Of a DNA stretch of 64,000 bases, positions 9,628-18,820 are shown piece by piece. The stretch is from an uncultured Gemmatimonadales bacterium (lineage in GTDB: Bacteria; Gemmatimonadota; Gemmatimonadetes; Longimicrobiales; RSA9): assembly GCA_963798845.1 (NCBI GenBank), contig CAWCUS010000001.1, positions 352,001 through 416,000 on the forward strand. The letters are read 5' to 3'. Position numbers and translations under genes: made by a program. The notes beneath the pieces are model-generated. The model was not told the origin of the DNA, made no database searches, and saw only the letters and a list, made by a program, of their open reading frames with translations. Numbering within the stretch: position 1 is the first letter of the stretch; each line of letters begins with the position of its first letter.

Positions 9628-10739
9628 GTCGAGGCACGAACGAAGACGAGCCGACTCGCCCTCCGCCTCCTCTGAGGGCCGCGGAGCGTCTGGACCCGGA
9701 GATCTTTCATCTGCCGGTGGAGCGGATGCGGAGCGGGTACTACTCGGACAAGTACTTCGTCCGCGCCCGGGAGGTGCTCCTCGCCGACGACTACGACCCC
9801 GTGGTCACGATGCAGGTGTTTCAGAAGAGGCCGGCGTGGCTGGGCGGGATGGACGAGGCGATCGCGATCCTGAAGCTGTGCCTGACCCGCGGGTACGAAT
9901 GGGCGGACCTCCTGGTGCGGGCGCTGCACGATGGGGACCGGATCGAGCCGTGGGAGACGGTGCTCGAGATCACCGGACCTTACGCCGCGTTCTCGCACCT
10001 GGAGACGCTCTTCGTCGGGGTGCTGGCCCGGCGCACGAGCGTGGCCACCAACACCCGCAAGGTGGTGGAGGCGGCGTGGCCGAAGACCGTCATGTTCTTC
10101 CCGGCGCGTCACGACCACTGGCTGGTGCAGACCGGCGATGGCTACGCGGCCCACATAGCGGGGGCGATCGGCGTGTCCACGGACGCGCAGGCGTCGTGGT
10201 GGGGCTCGGAAGGGCTGGGTACGGTTCCGCACGCCCTGATCGCGGCCTACGCCGGCGACACGGTGCGCGCCACCGAAGCGTTCGCCCGCCACATGCCCGA
10301 GGACGTGCGCGTGATCTCGCTGGTGGACTTCGAGAACGATTCCGTCCGCACCTCCCTGGCGGTGGCCCGTGCACTGGGCAACCGACTCCACGGGGTGCGG
10401 CTGGACACGGCCGAGAGCATGGTGGATGAGTCAGTCCGGGGCGAGATGGGGGACTTCGACCCTCGTGGTGTGAACCCGCAGCTGGTCCGGAACGTCCGGG
10501 AGGCGCTGGACCGGGAGGGTTTCCAGCACGTGGAGATCGTGGCGTCCGGGGGATTCACCGCCGAGAAGATCCGCCACTTCGAGCGCCTGGGCGTCCCCGT
10601 GCAGAGCTACGGCGTGGGCTCGTCGCTTTTCAAGGAGCGCTTCGACTTCACGGCCGACGTGGTGCGGCTGGGGGGCGAGCCCATGGCGAAGGTGGGGCGG
10701 CGCTACCGTCCGAACCCGCGGCTGGAACGCGTCGCCTGA
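9624..10739 (+). CDS. Nicotinate/quinolinate phosphoribosyltransferase-family protein
   Basis: YYSDKYF, FFPARH, GTVPHAL, GVRLDT, IVASGGF, YGVGS, DFTAD motifs of type II PRTases. Confidence 0.85.
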   Translation: MSRGTNEDEPTRPPPPLRAAERLDPEIFHLPVERMRSGYYSDKYFVRAREVLLADDYDPVVTMQVFQKRPAWLGGMDEAIAILKLCLTRGYEWADLLVRALHDGDRIEPWETVLEITGPYAAFSHLETLFVGVLARRTSVATNTRKVVEAAWPKTVMFFPARHDHWLVQTGDGYAAHIAGAIGVSTDAQASWWGSEGLGTVPHALIAAYAGDTVRATEAFARHMPEDVRVISLVDFENDSVRTSLAVARALGNRLHGVRLDTAESMVDESVRGEMGDFDPRGVNPQLVRNVREALDREGFQHVEIVASGGFTAEKIRHFERLGVPVQSYGVGSSLFKERFDFTADVVRLGGEPMAKVGRRYRPNPRLERVA

Positions 10740-10837
10740 GAAGGCGGATCGATCCGCGACGGGATTCCCCGCGTGTCGCCGCGCACCCGCCAGCCGCACC
10801 CGACCCGGTTTCCTTCCCTGGCGCAGTGGCGCGTCCG

Positions 10838-11914
10838 CTACCAGCGAGCGCGCCGACCCCGCACGTCGATGTGGATGAATGGGCCGTGGGCGCCGTTGTC
10901 GTGGTACACGCCGGCCCCCCCAACGAGTTCCGGGTGGCGCGCTTCGACGCGCTCGACGGCCCGGAGGATCACGCGGGCATCGGCGATGTCGCGCCGGCCG
11001 TCCCCGTTCAGGTCATCCATGTACCAATCGCCGTCGTTGTCGACCCAGACATCGGCGGCGTCGCCGTACTGGTGGCGGCTGAGCACCGCGCGTCCGTTCG
11101 ACAGTCCCTTGCGATTGTACTGCGGAGTCCGGAACCCGCTCATGACCACCATGTGGCTCGCGGGGACGCCGCTTTCGTCCAGCCGTTCGAGGACGAGCTC
11201 GAGCTTCTCCAGGAGCCGCTCCTCCAGCGCGACGTACTTCGGCCACTCGCCGCCCTGGTCGTGCGTCAGGAACTCGCCGAGGGTGAAGTGGTCGCTGAGC
11301 CGGAGGCCCTCGTTCCCCGGAGTCACCCGGATGAAGCCGGACGGCGGCGCGTAGCGGTCCGTGCGCCCTTTCCCTTCCGTCGGCCATACGCCCATGAAGT
11401 AGCGGCCGACGTACCCCCCGTGCTTTTCCCCGAAAGGAACCCGGACCAGCAAGCGGAATTCACCGGAGAAGGCGCGGCGGGCGGCGCCATCGGTGAGCTC
11501 GAGCTCGTACACTCCGGGCTCGGAGGGGACCACCGCCCGGTCCTCCCCGTCCAGCGCTCCGCCGGTCCCGCTCCCATCGGTGTCGAACGCCGGGCGCCAC
11601 TGATAGCGGACGCCCACGGGGCGAGGCCCGTCCCAGTCCAGCGGCAGGGCCACGAGGGAGCCGGCCTCCACGATGCGGACCTGCAGCCGCCCGCTCGTGC
11701 CGTGCGCAGCGGCGTCCAGCCGCACCGCCAGCGCCCCGGAGCCGGCCGGTCTGGGGCCGTGTCGGCCGGTCGCAGACCGGGCGGGTCCGTCGGCGCGAGC
11801 GGTAGTGGAAGGACCGTCGTTCGCCATGGACGGCGTCCATGCCGTGGCGGCGCCGGCCGCCGTCAGGGCGAGCGCGGCTGCGAGCGGACGAAGGGCGCGC
11901 GCGGTTGCGGGCAT
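10838..11914 (-). CDS. Secreted peptidase M15 family (D-Ala-D-Ala metallo-carboxypeptidase-like)
   Basis: Signal peptide; SGFRTPQYN, SRHQYGDAAD, FIHIDVRG zinc motifs. Confidence 0.88.
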   Translation of the reverse strand: MPATARALRPLAAALALTAAGAATAWTPSMANDGPSTTARADGPARSATGRHGPRPAGSGALAVRLDAAAHGTSGRLQVRIVEAGSLVALPLDWDGPRPVGVRYQWRPAFDTDGSGTGGALDGEDRAVVPSEPGVYELELTDGAARRAFSGEFRLLVRVPFGEKHGGYVGRYFMGVWPTEGKGRTDRYAPPSGFIRVTPGNEGLRLSDHFTLGEFLTHDQGGEWPKYVALEERLLEKLELVLERLDESGVPASHMVVMSGFRTPQYNRKGLSNGRAVLSRHQYGDAADVWVDNDGDWYMDDLNGDGRRDIADARVILRAVERVEARHPELVGGAGVYHDNGAHGPFIHIDVRGRRARW

Positions 11915-11959
11915 CGCATCTCCTTTCTGCGGTCGAGCGGTGCCGAGGCCAACCCGGCC

Positions 11960-13078
11960 TCAGCTGCTGGAGGTGATCTCGAGCAGGTCGAGCACCGGCG
12001 CCGCCGTGAGTGCGGAGCTGGCGGTGCGGACCCGCGCGAGGATCCGGAGCCGCTGGAGCGGCTCCAACTTCTTCACTTCTTCCAGGCGGTCGGGTGGGAC
12101 CGCCACGTAGACGAAGCCGGCGTCGTCGCCCGGAATGCGGGCGAGGATGAACGGCTCGCCTTCCACGAAATCGCGCCGGAAGGCCTCCGCCGTCTGCAGC
12201 GCGATGAACTGCACTGTCCATTGTACCAGCGAGCCACGATATCGGTCCGGGTCGGCCTGAAGGGTGGCCACGTCAATGGTGAGCGCGGGGCCGGCGCCGG
12301 CGGTGTCGCCGGGCGCGAGGGCCGACTCGAGCACCCAGCCCTCGACGCGCACGCGGGCCCACCTTCCCTGCCGGGCGGTCACTTCCACCGTGCCCCGCGG
12401 CCGGACGGTGGCCAGCGTGTCGCCGGACGGGTTTTGGAGCACGGCCACCGACCGGCTGCCGGTCCGAACGAAGCCGACGACCCTGCTGGCCGCTCCGGCG
12501 GCGCCATCCTGGTTCTCGTCGTCCGGCTGCCCCGGCGCGGGGGAGGTCGCCCGGGGGCGGGGGCCGGCGGTAGCTGCGGCCGCCGCACCGGTGTCCACCG
12601 TGCGTTCGGGCGGGCGGGACGGAGCCTTGGCCGACGGCGCGCTGGCCGCAGCAATGCGCAGCGACGGCTCCCAGATCCAGCCGGCTCGCCGGACGCGGAT
12701 CCAGCGCCCGTCCTCCTCCACCCGATCGAGGCGCATCCCTTCGTGGAGGCGCGCGACGATCCGTCCGTTGCGCGTGGCCCGCAGGTTCTCGCCGCCGTCC
12801 GCCGAAACGACCAGGTCGTGGCCGGCGGCGGGCTCGCGGCGTACCGATGCGGCCCAGATCCAACCCTCCAGGGTGCCGGCGCGCCAGCGCGACTGGCGTT
12901 CGCCCACCGAGAGCTCCGCGCCCTTGCGAAGGGTGGCGAGAACGGCGGCCGATGGGGCCGCGCGGAAGTTCTCGCTGTCGGGGAGCACGGCGGCCGTCTG
13001 GCCGGCCGTGCCTGCGGCCGTCCCCAGGAGGACTGAGGCAGCGAGCACTGCCGGGGCGAACGGTCCGCAGGTCACCAC
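11960..13078 (-). CDS. Secreted protein with repeated SH3b-like domains and a C-terminal OB-like domain
   Basis: Signal-like N-terminus; three repeats resembling ENLRA.P.G.IVA.L..G......GRW.RV...GWIW; start uncertain. Confidence 0.7.
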   Translation of the reverse strand: MVTCGPFAPAVLAASVLLGTAAGTAGQTAAVLPDSENFRAAPSAAVLATLRKGAELSVGERQSRWRAGTLEGWIWAASVRREPAAGHDLVVSADGGENLRATRNGRIVARLHEGMRLDRVEEDGRWIRVRRAGWIWEPSLRIAAASAPSAKAPSRPPERTVDTGAAAAATAGPRPRATSPAPGQPDDENQDGAAGAASRVVGFVRTGSRSVAVLQNPSGDTLATVRPRGTVEVTARQGRWARVRVEGWVLESALAPGDTAGAGPALTIDVATLQADPDRYRGSLVQWTVQFIALQTAEAFRRDFVEGEPFILARIPGDDAGFVYVAVPPDRLEEVKKLEPLQRLRILARVRTASSALTAAPVLDLLEITSSS

Positions 13079-13264
13079 GTCGGCCAAGCCTCTGTGATCC
13101 AGGTATTTAGAGGGTGAAAGTGGAAGGGTATGACGCCCGGACCGGACCGTCAACGCGTGAGCGGCCCTTCGCTTGCGTCCCCCCGGGGCCGATCCTAGCT
13201 TCCGCGCACCGTTGCACGCGGCCGGATGAGCCGCTTTCCCGGAGCCGAGCCGATTTCCGTGAGC

Positions 13265-13987
13265 ATGCGCTGGACCCTTGCCGCCGCCACAGCAGTGGCG
13301 AGTCTCGCTTCCGCCGCCGCACCGACGGCGGCACAGACCATCCCGTCTCCGTACGACTTCGTCGAGTCATCACAGAGCGTCCAGCTCTACGGGACGTACA
13401 TCTCCGCCGACCAGGGCACGATCGGAACCGGCCCTGCCTCGGGCCCGGCGGCGGCGTTGGGGTACACGTTGCGGATCAGCGGGCCGTTCGAGCTGGATAC
13501 CCGGCTCACCTACTTCCCCACGACGCGCCCGGTCTACGACCTTGCGGAGCCCGCGCCGGACACGGCCACGCTGCGCGCCGACCCGACGGCCGGTCTGGAA
13601 AGTCTGGGCACGGCCGACCTGACGCTCCTCATGCTGGACGCGTCGCTGCGCTTCGATCTCACGGGCCCCCGCACATGGCACCGGCTCCAGCCGTTCGCGC
13701 TCATCGGCGTGGGCGGCGTGGTGAAGGCGAGCAGCAACAACGCGGTGGAGGAGAACCTGCCCACCGACGTGGACCTGCGCGTGCGGTTCCACGACGGCTT
13801 CACCGGCCACGTCGGCGCCGGCGTCGAGTGGCACGCGAGCGACCACCTCAGCTTGCGCTTCGACGCCCGCGACCTCCTGTGGAAGCTCCACATCCCGCAG
13901 GGCTTCATCAACCAGGGGCGCCTCATCAGCTCGGAGGAGTGGGTGCAGACCGGTCAGCTGAACCTGGGACTGGCGCTCCGCTTCTGA
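13265..13987 (+). CDS. Outer-membrane beta-barrel protein
   Basis: Signal peptide ending AAQ; alternating beta-strand pattern; C-terminal Phe (LALRF). Confidence 0.8.
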   Translation: MRWTLAAATAVASLASAAAPTAAQTIPSPYDFVESSQSVQLYGTYISADQGTIGTGPASGPAAALGYTLRISGPFELDTRLTYFPTTRPVYDLAEPAPDTATLRADPTAGLESLGTADLTLLMLDASLRFDLTGPRTWHRLQPFALIGVGGVVKASSNNAVEENLPTDVDLRVRFHDGFTGHVGAGVEWHASDHLSLRFDARDLLWKLHIPQGFINQGRLISSEEWVQTGQLNLGLALRF

Positions 13988-14106
13988 CGGGAACACCCGG
14001 GGGCGCGACGAGCCGGCGCCGGCCCAGTCCTCCTTCCCCGTCCCCCGGCCTCCACGGGGCCGCCGAATGGCCGGACCTGCACAGCCGGACGCCGCACGCC
14101 TCGCCC

Positions 14107-14122
14107 CGGCACCGCCGTTGCG
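14107..14122 (+). promoter_or_regulatory. Putative sigma-54 promoter of the BON gene
   Basis: CGGCACCGCCGTTGCG: GG(-24) and TTGC(-12) at canonical spacing. Confidence 0.6.
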
Positions 14123-14159
14123 TCATTCCCCGTTCGAACCACCGAACGGAGGCAATGCC

Positions 14160-14645
14160 ATGACGCGGGACTACGAAGGCGCGATCAACCTGGACCAGAT
14201 GACGGACGAGGACGTGTGCGACCTGGTTCGGCAGCGGCTGGGCGAGGACGAGGAGTTCGACGCCGACAACGTCGAGGTGTCCATGTCCGGAGGCCGCGTG
14301 GTGGTGGACGGGCGGGTTGGAACGGAGGGGGAGCGGCAGTACGTGGACCAGACGCTGAGCGCCCTCGGAGCCACCGACTTCGACAACAACGTGGTGGTGG
14401 ACGAGACGCGCCGGGCCGAGCGGTCCGAAGCGGCGGACATCGCCCGCATGGAGGACGACGCGAACCAGGCTCCGCTCGGCGAGTCCGCAAAACGGACCAC
14501 GGACAGCGCGGACCACCGCCTCGACCAGGACAGCGACGAGCTGTACGGGACGCAGGACTTGAAGAAGGCCATCGAGGAAGGCGACACCTACGTCCCGCCC
14601 ACCGGTCCGGTACAGGAGGGGATCCGCGGCGACGAGAACCACTAG
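14160..14645 (+). CDS. BON-domain protein (acidic)
   Basis: FDADNVEVSMSGGRVVVDGRV..DNNVVV BON pattern; GGAGG RBS. Confidence 0.82.
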   Translation: MTRDYEGAINLDQMTDEDVCDLVRQRLGEDEEFDADNVEVSMSGGRVVVDGRVGTEGERQYVDQTLSALGATDFDNNVVVDETRRAERSEAADIARMEDDANQAPLGESAKRTTDSADHRLDQDSDELYGTQDLKKAIEEGDTYVPPTGPVQEGIRGDENH

Positions 14646-14724
14646 TCGACCGCGTGCTCCCGCCGGTGTCCCCGGGATGCCGCCACCTTGCGCGCTCCCG
14701 GGGCGGCCGTGACAATTCGCGGGA

Positions 14725-15534
14725 GTGATGAACCGCGCCCTCGTTCTCGCCCTCGTCCTCGTCTCCGCATGCGCCGGCCCCGCCGCCCGGCGGGATCGCG
14801 TCCTGCTGATCACCACGACCACCATCCAGGGGTCGGGGCTGCTGGACCGGCTGGTGGAGGCGTACAACGCGTCCCAGGACCGCTATCGCGTATCCGCGAC
14901 GGCGGTGGGGAGCGGGGCGGCGCTCGCCATGGCGAGGCGGGGGGACGCCGATCTCCTGATCACGCATTATCCGGAGGGCGAGGCCGCGTTCATGGCTGAC
15001 GGCCTGGGACAGGAGCAGGGCGCTTTCATGCGCAACGAGTTCATCCTGGCCGGACCCACGTCCGACCCGGCGGGGATCCGCGGTGACGCGGACCTCGGCC
15101 AGGCTCTGGACCGGATCGCCCGGACGGAATCCCGCTTCGTGTCGCGTGCGGACGATTCCGGGACGCACCACCAGGAGATGAAGCTCTGGTCCGGCATCGG
15201 GCGCTCGCCCTGGACGTCGCCGCCGAAGTGGTACGTCCAGTCGGGGTCCGGGATGGCCGAGACGCTGCGGGTGGCGGACGAGCTGGGCGCGTACGTGCTC
15301 ACCGACGTGGCCACGTTTCGGCACCTGCGGCGGACGCTCGGGCTCGAATCCCTGGCGATCGGCGACCCGCCCGTGGGCAATCCGTACCAGTACACGCTCC
15401 CGAAGCGGCCGATGAACCCCGAGGGTGCCCGCGACCTGCTGCGCTGGCTGCTCGGCCCGGGCCAGGACGTGGTCGCCAGCTACGGCACCGAGGAGAACGG
15501 CGAGCCGCTCTTCCACCCCGCCCGCCCCCGCTGA
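14725..15534 (+). CDS. tupA: Tungstate ABC transporter substrate-binding lipoprotein
   Basis: Lipobox VSAC; TTTTIQGSGLL, GSGAALAMARRGDAD, FVSRADDSGTH, SGSGM. Confidence 0.88.
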   Translation: MMNRALVLALVLVSACAGPAARRDRVLLITTTTIQGSGLLDRLVEAYNASQDRYRVSATAVGSGAALAMARRGDADLLITHYPEGEAAFMADGLGQEQGAFMRNEFILAGPTSDPAGIRGDADLGQALDRIARTESRFVSRADDSGTHHQEMKLWSGIGRSPWTSPPKWYVQSGSGMAETLRVADELGAYVLTDVATFRHLRRTLGLESLAIGDPPVGNPYQYTLPKRPMNPEGARDLLRWLLGPGQDVVASYGTEENGEPLFHPARPR

Positions 15535-15536
15535 CC

Positions 15537-16262
15537 GTGGACCTGATCCGCGACGCGCTCGTGGAAGCGGTCCGGATGCTGTTCTCCCTGGACGGCTACG
15601 TGGTCCGGATCGTCTGGCGCTCGATCCAGGTCTCCGGCAGCGCCATGGTCGTGGCCGTGGCCGCCGGCATCCCGGTGGGGGTTCTCCTCGGAGTCTCGCG
15701 GTTCCGCGGCCGCTCTCTCCTCGTCTCCGTGGTCTACACCGGGTTCGCGCTCCCGCCCGTGGTGATCGGGCTGTTCGTCTACCTGCTCCTTTCGCGGCAG
15801 GGCCCGCTGGGCGGGGCGGAGCTGCTGTTCCGGCCCTCCGCCATGATCGCCGCGCAGGCGCTCCTCGCCGCCCCCTACGTGGCGGGTGTGACGCTCGCGG
15901 CGGTGCAGGCCGTCCCGCCCGACATCCGTCTCCAGGCCCGCGCGCTGGGGGCCTCGCGTGCGCGAGCCCTCTGGATGCAGGTGCGAGAGGCAAGGCTGGG
16001 CGTGCTGGCCGCCGTGATCGCCGGCTTCGGCGCCGTGATCTCGGAAGTGGGCGCCGCCATGATGGTGGGCGGGAACATCGCCGGCGAAACGCGCGTCCTG
16101 ACCACGGCCATAGTGCTCGAGACGGAGCGCGGGCACTTCGCCACGGCCATGGCGCTGGGCATCATCCTGCTGGCCATCGTTCTGGTCGTGAACGTGCTCC
16201 TGACGCGCGTGCAGCAGGGCCGCGGGTGGCGGGAAGCGGCGTCGGAGCGGCCGTGGGCATGA
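15537..16262 (+). CDS. tupB: Tungstate ABC transporter permease
   Basis: LPPVVIGLFVYLLLSRQGPLG, ISEVGAAMMVGGNI..TRVLTTAIVLET. Confidence 0.92.
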   Translation: MDLIRDALVEAVRMLFSLDGYVVRIVWRSIQVSGSAMVVAVAAGIPVGVLLGVSRFRGRSLLVSVVYTGFALPPVVIGLFVYLLLSRQGPLGGAELLFRPSAMIAAQALLAAPYVAGVTLAAVQAVPPDIRLQARALGASRARALWMQVREARLGVLAAVIAGFGAVISEVGAAMMVGGNIAGETRVLTTAIVLETERGHFATAMALGIILLAIVLVVNVLLTRVQQGRGWREAASERPWA

Positions 16263-17410
16263 GCGATGTCGCCGATCTCGGCGGTGCGGCCCCCCCGGGC
16301 TCCGTGGCCCCGCCGCTCCTCGAGGCGGAGCACCTGGTCCGGCGCTACGGCGGCCGCGCCGTGGTCGACGTGGAGCGGCTGGCCGTCCATGCGGGGGAAA
16401 TCCTGGCGGTGCTGGGCCCGAACGGCGCCGGCAAGTCCACACTGTTCCGCCTCCTCCTCCTGCTGGAGTCGCCCGACGCCGGCGAGATCCGCGTGGGGGG
16501 GCGCGCGGCGGGGCGACGGGACGAGGAGTCCCGGCGTCGCCTGGCCGGCGTGTTCCAGCGGCCGCAGCTGTTCACCGGGAGCGTCCGCGCCAACGTACGT
16601 TTCGGTCTGGCCGCGACGGGGGTGCCCCGAGCCCGGCGTGACGAGCGCGTGGATCGGATGGCGGCCGAGCTGGGTCTGTCGGCGCTCCTGGACGAGGACA
16701 CGCGCCGGCTGTCCGGCGGCGAGGCGCAGCGGGTGGCGCTCGCCCGGGCGCTGGTGCTCGAGGCGGACGTCCTCCTCCTGGACGAGCCCACGGCCAACCT
16801 GGACGTGACCGTCCGACGCCGCTTCCGCGAAGAGCTCGGCCGGCTCCTGCGACACCGTGCCGGGGCCGTGGTCCTCATCACCCACGACCCCGCGGACGCG
16901 TTCGACCTGGCCGACCGCGTGGCCGTGATGGAGGCGGGGCGGGTGGTGCAGGTGGGGACCCCCGAGGACCTGACCACGGAGCCGGCGACGCCCTTCGTCG
17001 CCGCTTTCACCGGCGCGGAGCTGCTTCTGGACGGGCGGGTGGAGGGCATGGGCGAGGGCACGCTGGACGTGCGCGTGGGCGAGACGCGGCTGGTGGTGCG
17101 CTCCCCGGAGGGGCACCTCCGGCCAGGCGACCCCGTGCACGTTCGCTACCGCCCGGAGGACGTGGTCCTCGCCCCGGTCGAGGCGACGGGCCCCAGCAGC
17201 GCCCGCAACCGCCTGCGCATGCGGGTGAGCGCCACGTCACCGGCAGGAGGAATGGTCCGCGTGCGGCTCGAAGGCCCGCTCACGCTGGCGTCGCTCATCA
17301 CCCGCGGCAGCGCGGAGCGTCTCGGGATCACGCCGGGCGCCGAAGTGACGGCGCTGCTGAAGACCGCGGCGCTCAACGTATTCCTCCCCGACGAGAGCCA
17401 CGGCGGTTGA
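16259..17410 (+). CDS. tupC: Tungstate ABC transporter ATPase with TOBE domains
   Basis: GPNGAGKST, LSGGEAQR, LLLDEP; C-terminal SSARN..LASLIT..LG TOBE pattern. Confidence 0.88.
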   Translation: MSDVADLGGAAPPGSVAPPLLEAEHLVRRYGGRAVVDVERLAVHAGEILAVLGPNGAGKSTLFRLLLLLESPDAGEIRVGGRAAGRRDEESRRRLAGVFQRPQLFTGSVRANVRFGLAATGVPRARRDERVDRMAAELGLSALLDEDTRRLSGGEAQRVALARALVLEADVLLLDEPTANLDVTVRRRFREELGRLLRHRAGAVVLITHDPADAFDLADRVAVMEAGRVVQVGTPEDLTTEPATPFVAAFTGAELLLDGRVEGMGEGTLDVRVGETRLVVRSPEGHLRPGDPVHVRYRPEDVVLAPVEATGPSSARNRLRMRVSATSPAGGMVRVRLEGPLTLASLITRGSAERLGITPGAEVTALLKTAALNVFLPDESHGG

Positions 17411-17441
17411 GGCGACCCGCCCCTCGCCTATATTCCGGCGC

Positions 17442-18173
17442 ATGCCCCGCGAAGTGACGGCCGTCCCCGAAGAGCCTGTGCGTCTGACCGTGAACGGCGA
17501 CATCGTCGCCGCCTGGAGCTGCTCGCCCAATGCGCTGGAAGCCCTCGGCGCAGGCCGCCTCCTCTCCCTCGGCTTCGTACGCGCGCGCGATGACATCGTA
17601 TCGTTGCGCGTGCCCCCTGCCGACACCGGCGTGCTGCGCATCGACGCGGAGGTGGCGGTCGAGCGCGCGGTCGGCGCGCGCGAGGAGCGGGAGCACCGCC
17701 GCATACACGGGTGTGGGCTCCGCTTCCTCCTCGAATGTCGGCCGGACCTCCTCCCGCGCCCCGACCGATCCGGGTCGGCGCCACCCGGGGGCGACGCCGC
17801 CGCCGCGCTGTTCCGCGACCTCATGGATCGGTCGCCCAGCCGGCGAGGGGCGGGCGGCCACCACACCGCGGCGGTGAGCGACGGCGAGCGGCTGCGGTAC
17901 GTGCACGAGGAGGTCGGGCGCCACAACGCCGCGGACAAGGCGATCGGCGCGGCGCTCCTCGACGGCGTCGCCCTGGAGAGGCTCGGTCTGGTCACGAGCG
18001 CCCGGATCAGCGGCGAGATGGCGGAGAAGGCCGCGCGGGCGGGACTCGCCTGGGTGGCCAGCCGCTCGGTGCCCACGACGCTGGCCGTGGCCATTGCCTC
18101 GGCGGCCGGGCTGCCCCTGCTGGCCCGGGCGACGTCGCCCGACGCGCGACTGTTCGCGCCGGAGCGGTCGTGA
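17442..18173 (+). CDS. fdhD: Formate dehydrogenase accessory sulfurtransferase
   Basis: EEPVRLTVNG, GGHH, EEVGRHNAADKAIG, SARISGEM. Confidence 0.85.
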   Translation: MPREVTAVPEEPVRLTVNGDIVAAWSCSPNALEALGAGRLLSLGFVRARDDIVSLRVPPADTGVLRIDAEVAVERAVGAREEREHRRIHGCGLRFLLECRPDLLPRPDRSGSAPPGGDAAAALFRDLMDRSPSRRGAGGHHTAAVSDGERLRYVHEEVGRHNAADKAIGAALLDGVALERLGLVTSARISGEMAEKAARAGLAWVASRSVPTTLAVAIASAAGLPLLARATSPDARLFAPERS

Positions 18174-18820
18174 GCCCGTTCGGCGCCATTCTGGCAGGCG
18201 GGGAGAGCAGCCGTTATGGCTCGCCAAAGGCGCTCGCCCGCGTGGGTGGCGTCCGCATCATCGAGCGCGTGGCCGGGGCGCTGCGCGTCGTCACGACCGA
18301 CCTCGTGCTGCTGGCCAACGAGCCGGCGCTCTTCGACGACCTGCGGCTCCCGACCCGCCGCGATCTGCACCCTGGCCTCGGCGCGCTGGGCGGAATCCAT
18401 ACCGCTCTGGCGTGGGCCCGGGAAGCCGGCCGGCCGGGTGTCCTGGCCGTGGCGTGCGACATGCCCTTCCCCTCCTCCCCCCTGCTCCGCCGCCTCGCGG
18501 AGCTGGCTTTCGGCGAGGAAGATGGGCCGCCGGAAGGCGCGCCTCGACCAGAGGCGCCCGACGTGGTCGTGCCGGAAAGCCCCGGGCGCCGGGGGATCGA
18601 GCCGCTGTTCGCCGCGTATGGCGTGCGCTGCCTGGACGCCATCGAAGCGCGCATCGCCGCGGGCGACCACCGCATGATCGGGTTCCACGCCGACGTCCGC
18701 GTCCGCCGGATCGCGCTCGCGGAGGTGGAGGCCATGGGCGACCCGGCCCGGATGTTCCTGAACGTGAACACGCCCGCGGAGCGGGAGCGGGCGGAGCGCA
18801 TGGAGGAGGAGCGGGAATGA
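18170..18820 (+). CDS. mobA: Molybdenum cofactor guanylyltransferase
   Basis: ILAGGESSRYGSPKA, VACDMPF, EPLFAAY, FLNVNTP. Confidence 0.92.
   Translation: MSPFGAILAGGESSRYGSPKALARVGGVRIIERVAGALRVVTTDLVLLANEPALFDDLRLPTRRDLHPGLGALGGIHTALAWAREAGRPGVLAVACDMPFPSSPLLRRLAELAFGEEDGPPEGAPRPEAPDVVVPESPGRRGIEPLFAAYGVRCLDAIEARIAAGDHRMIGFHADVRVRRIALAEVEAMGDPARMFLNVNTPAERERAERMEEERE

Noticed and set aside
14646..14724. Moco/Wco riboswitch upstream of tupA
   Set aside because: Region is too short and occupied by a promoter-like sequence
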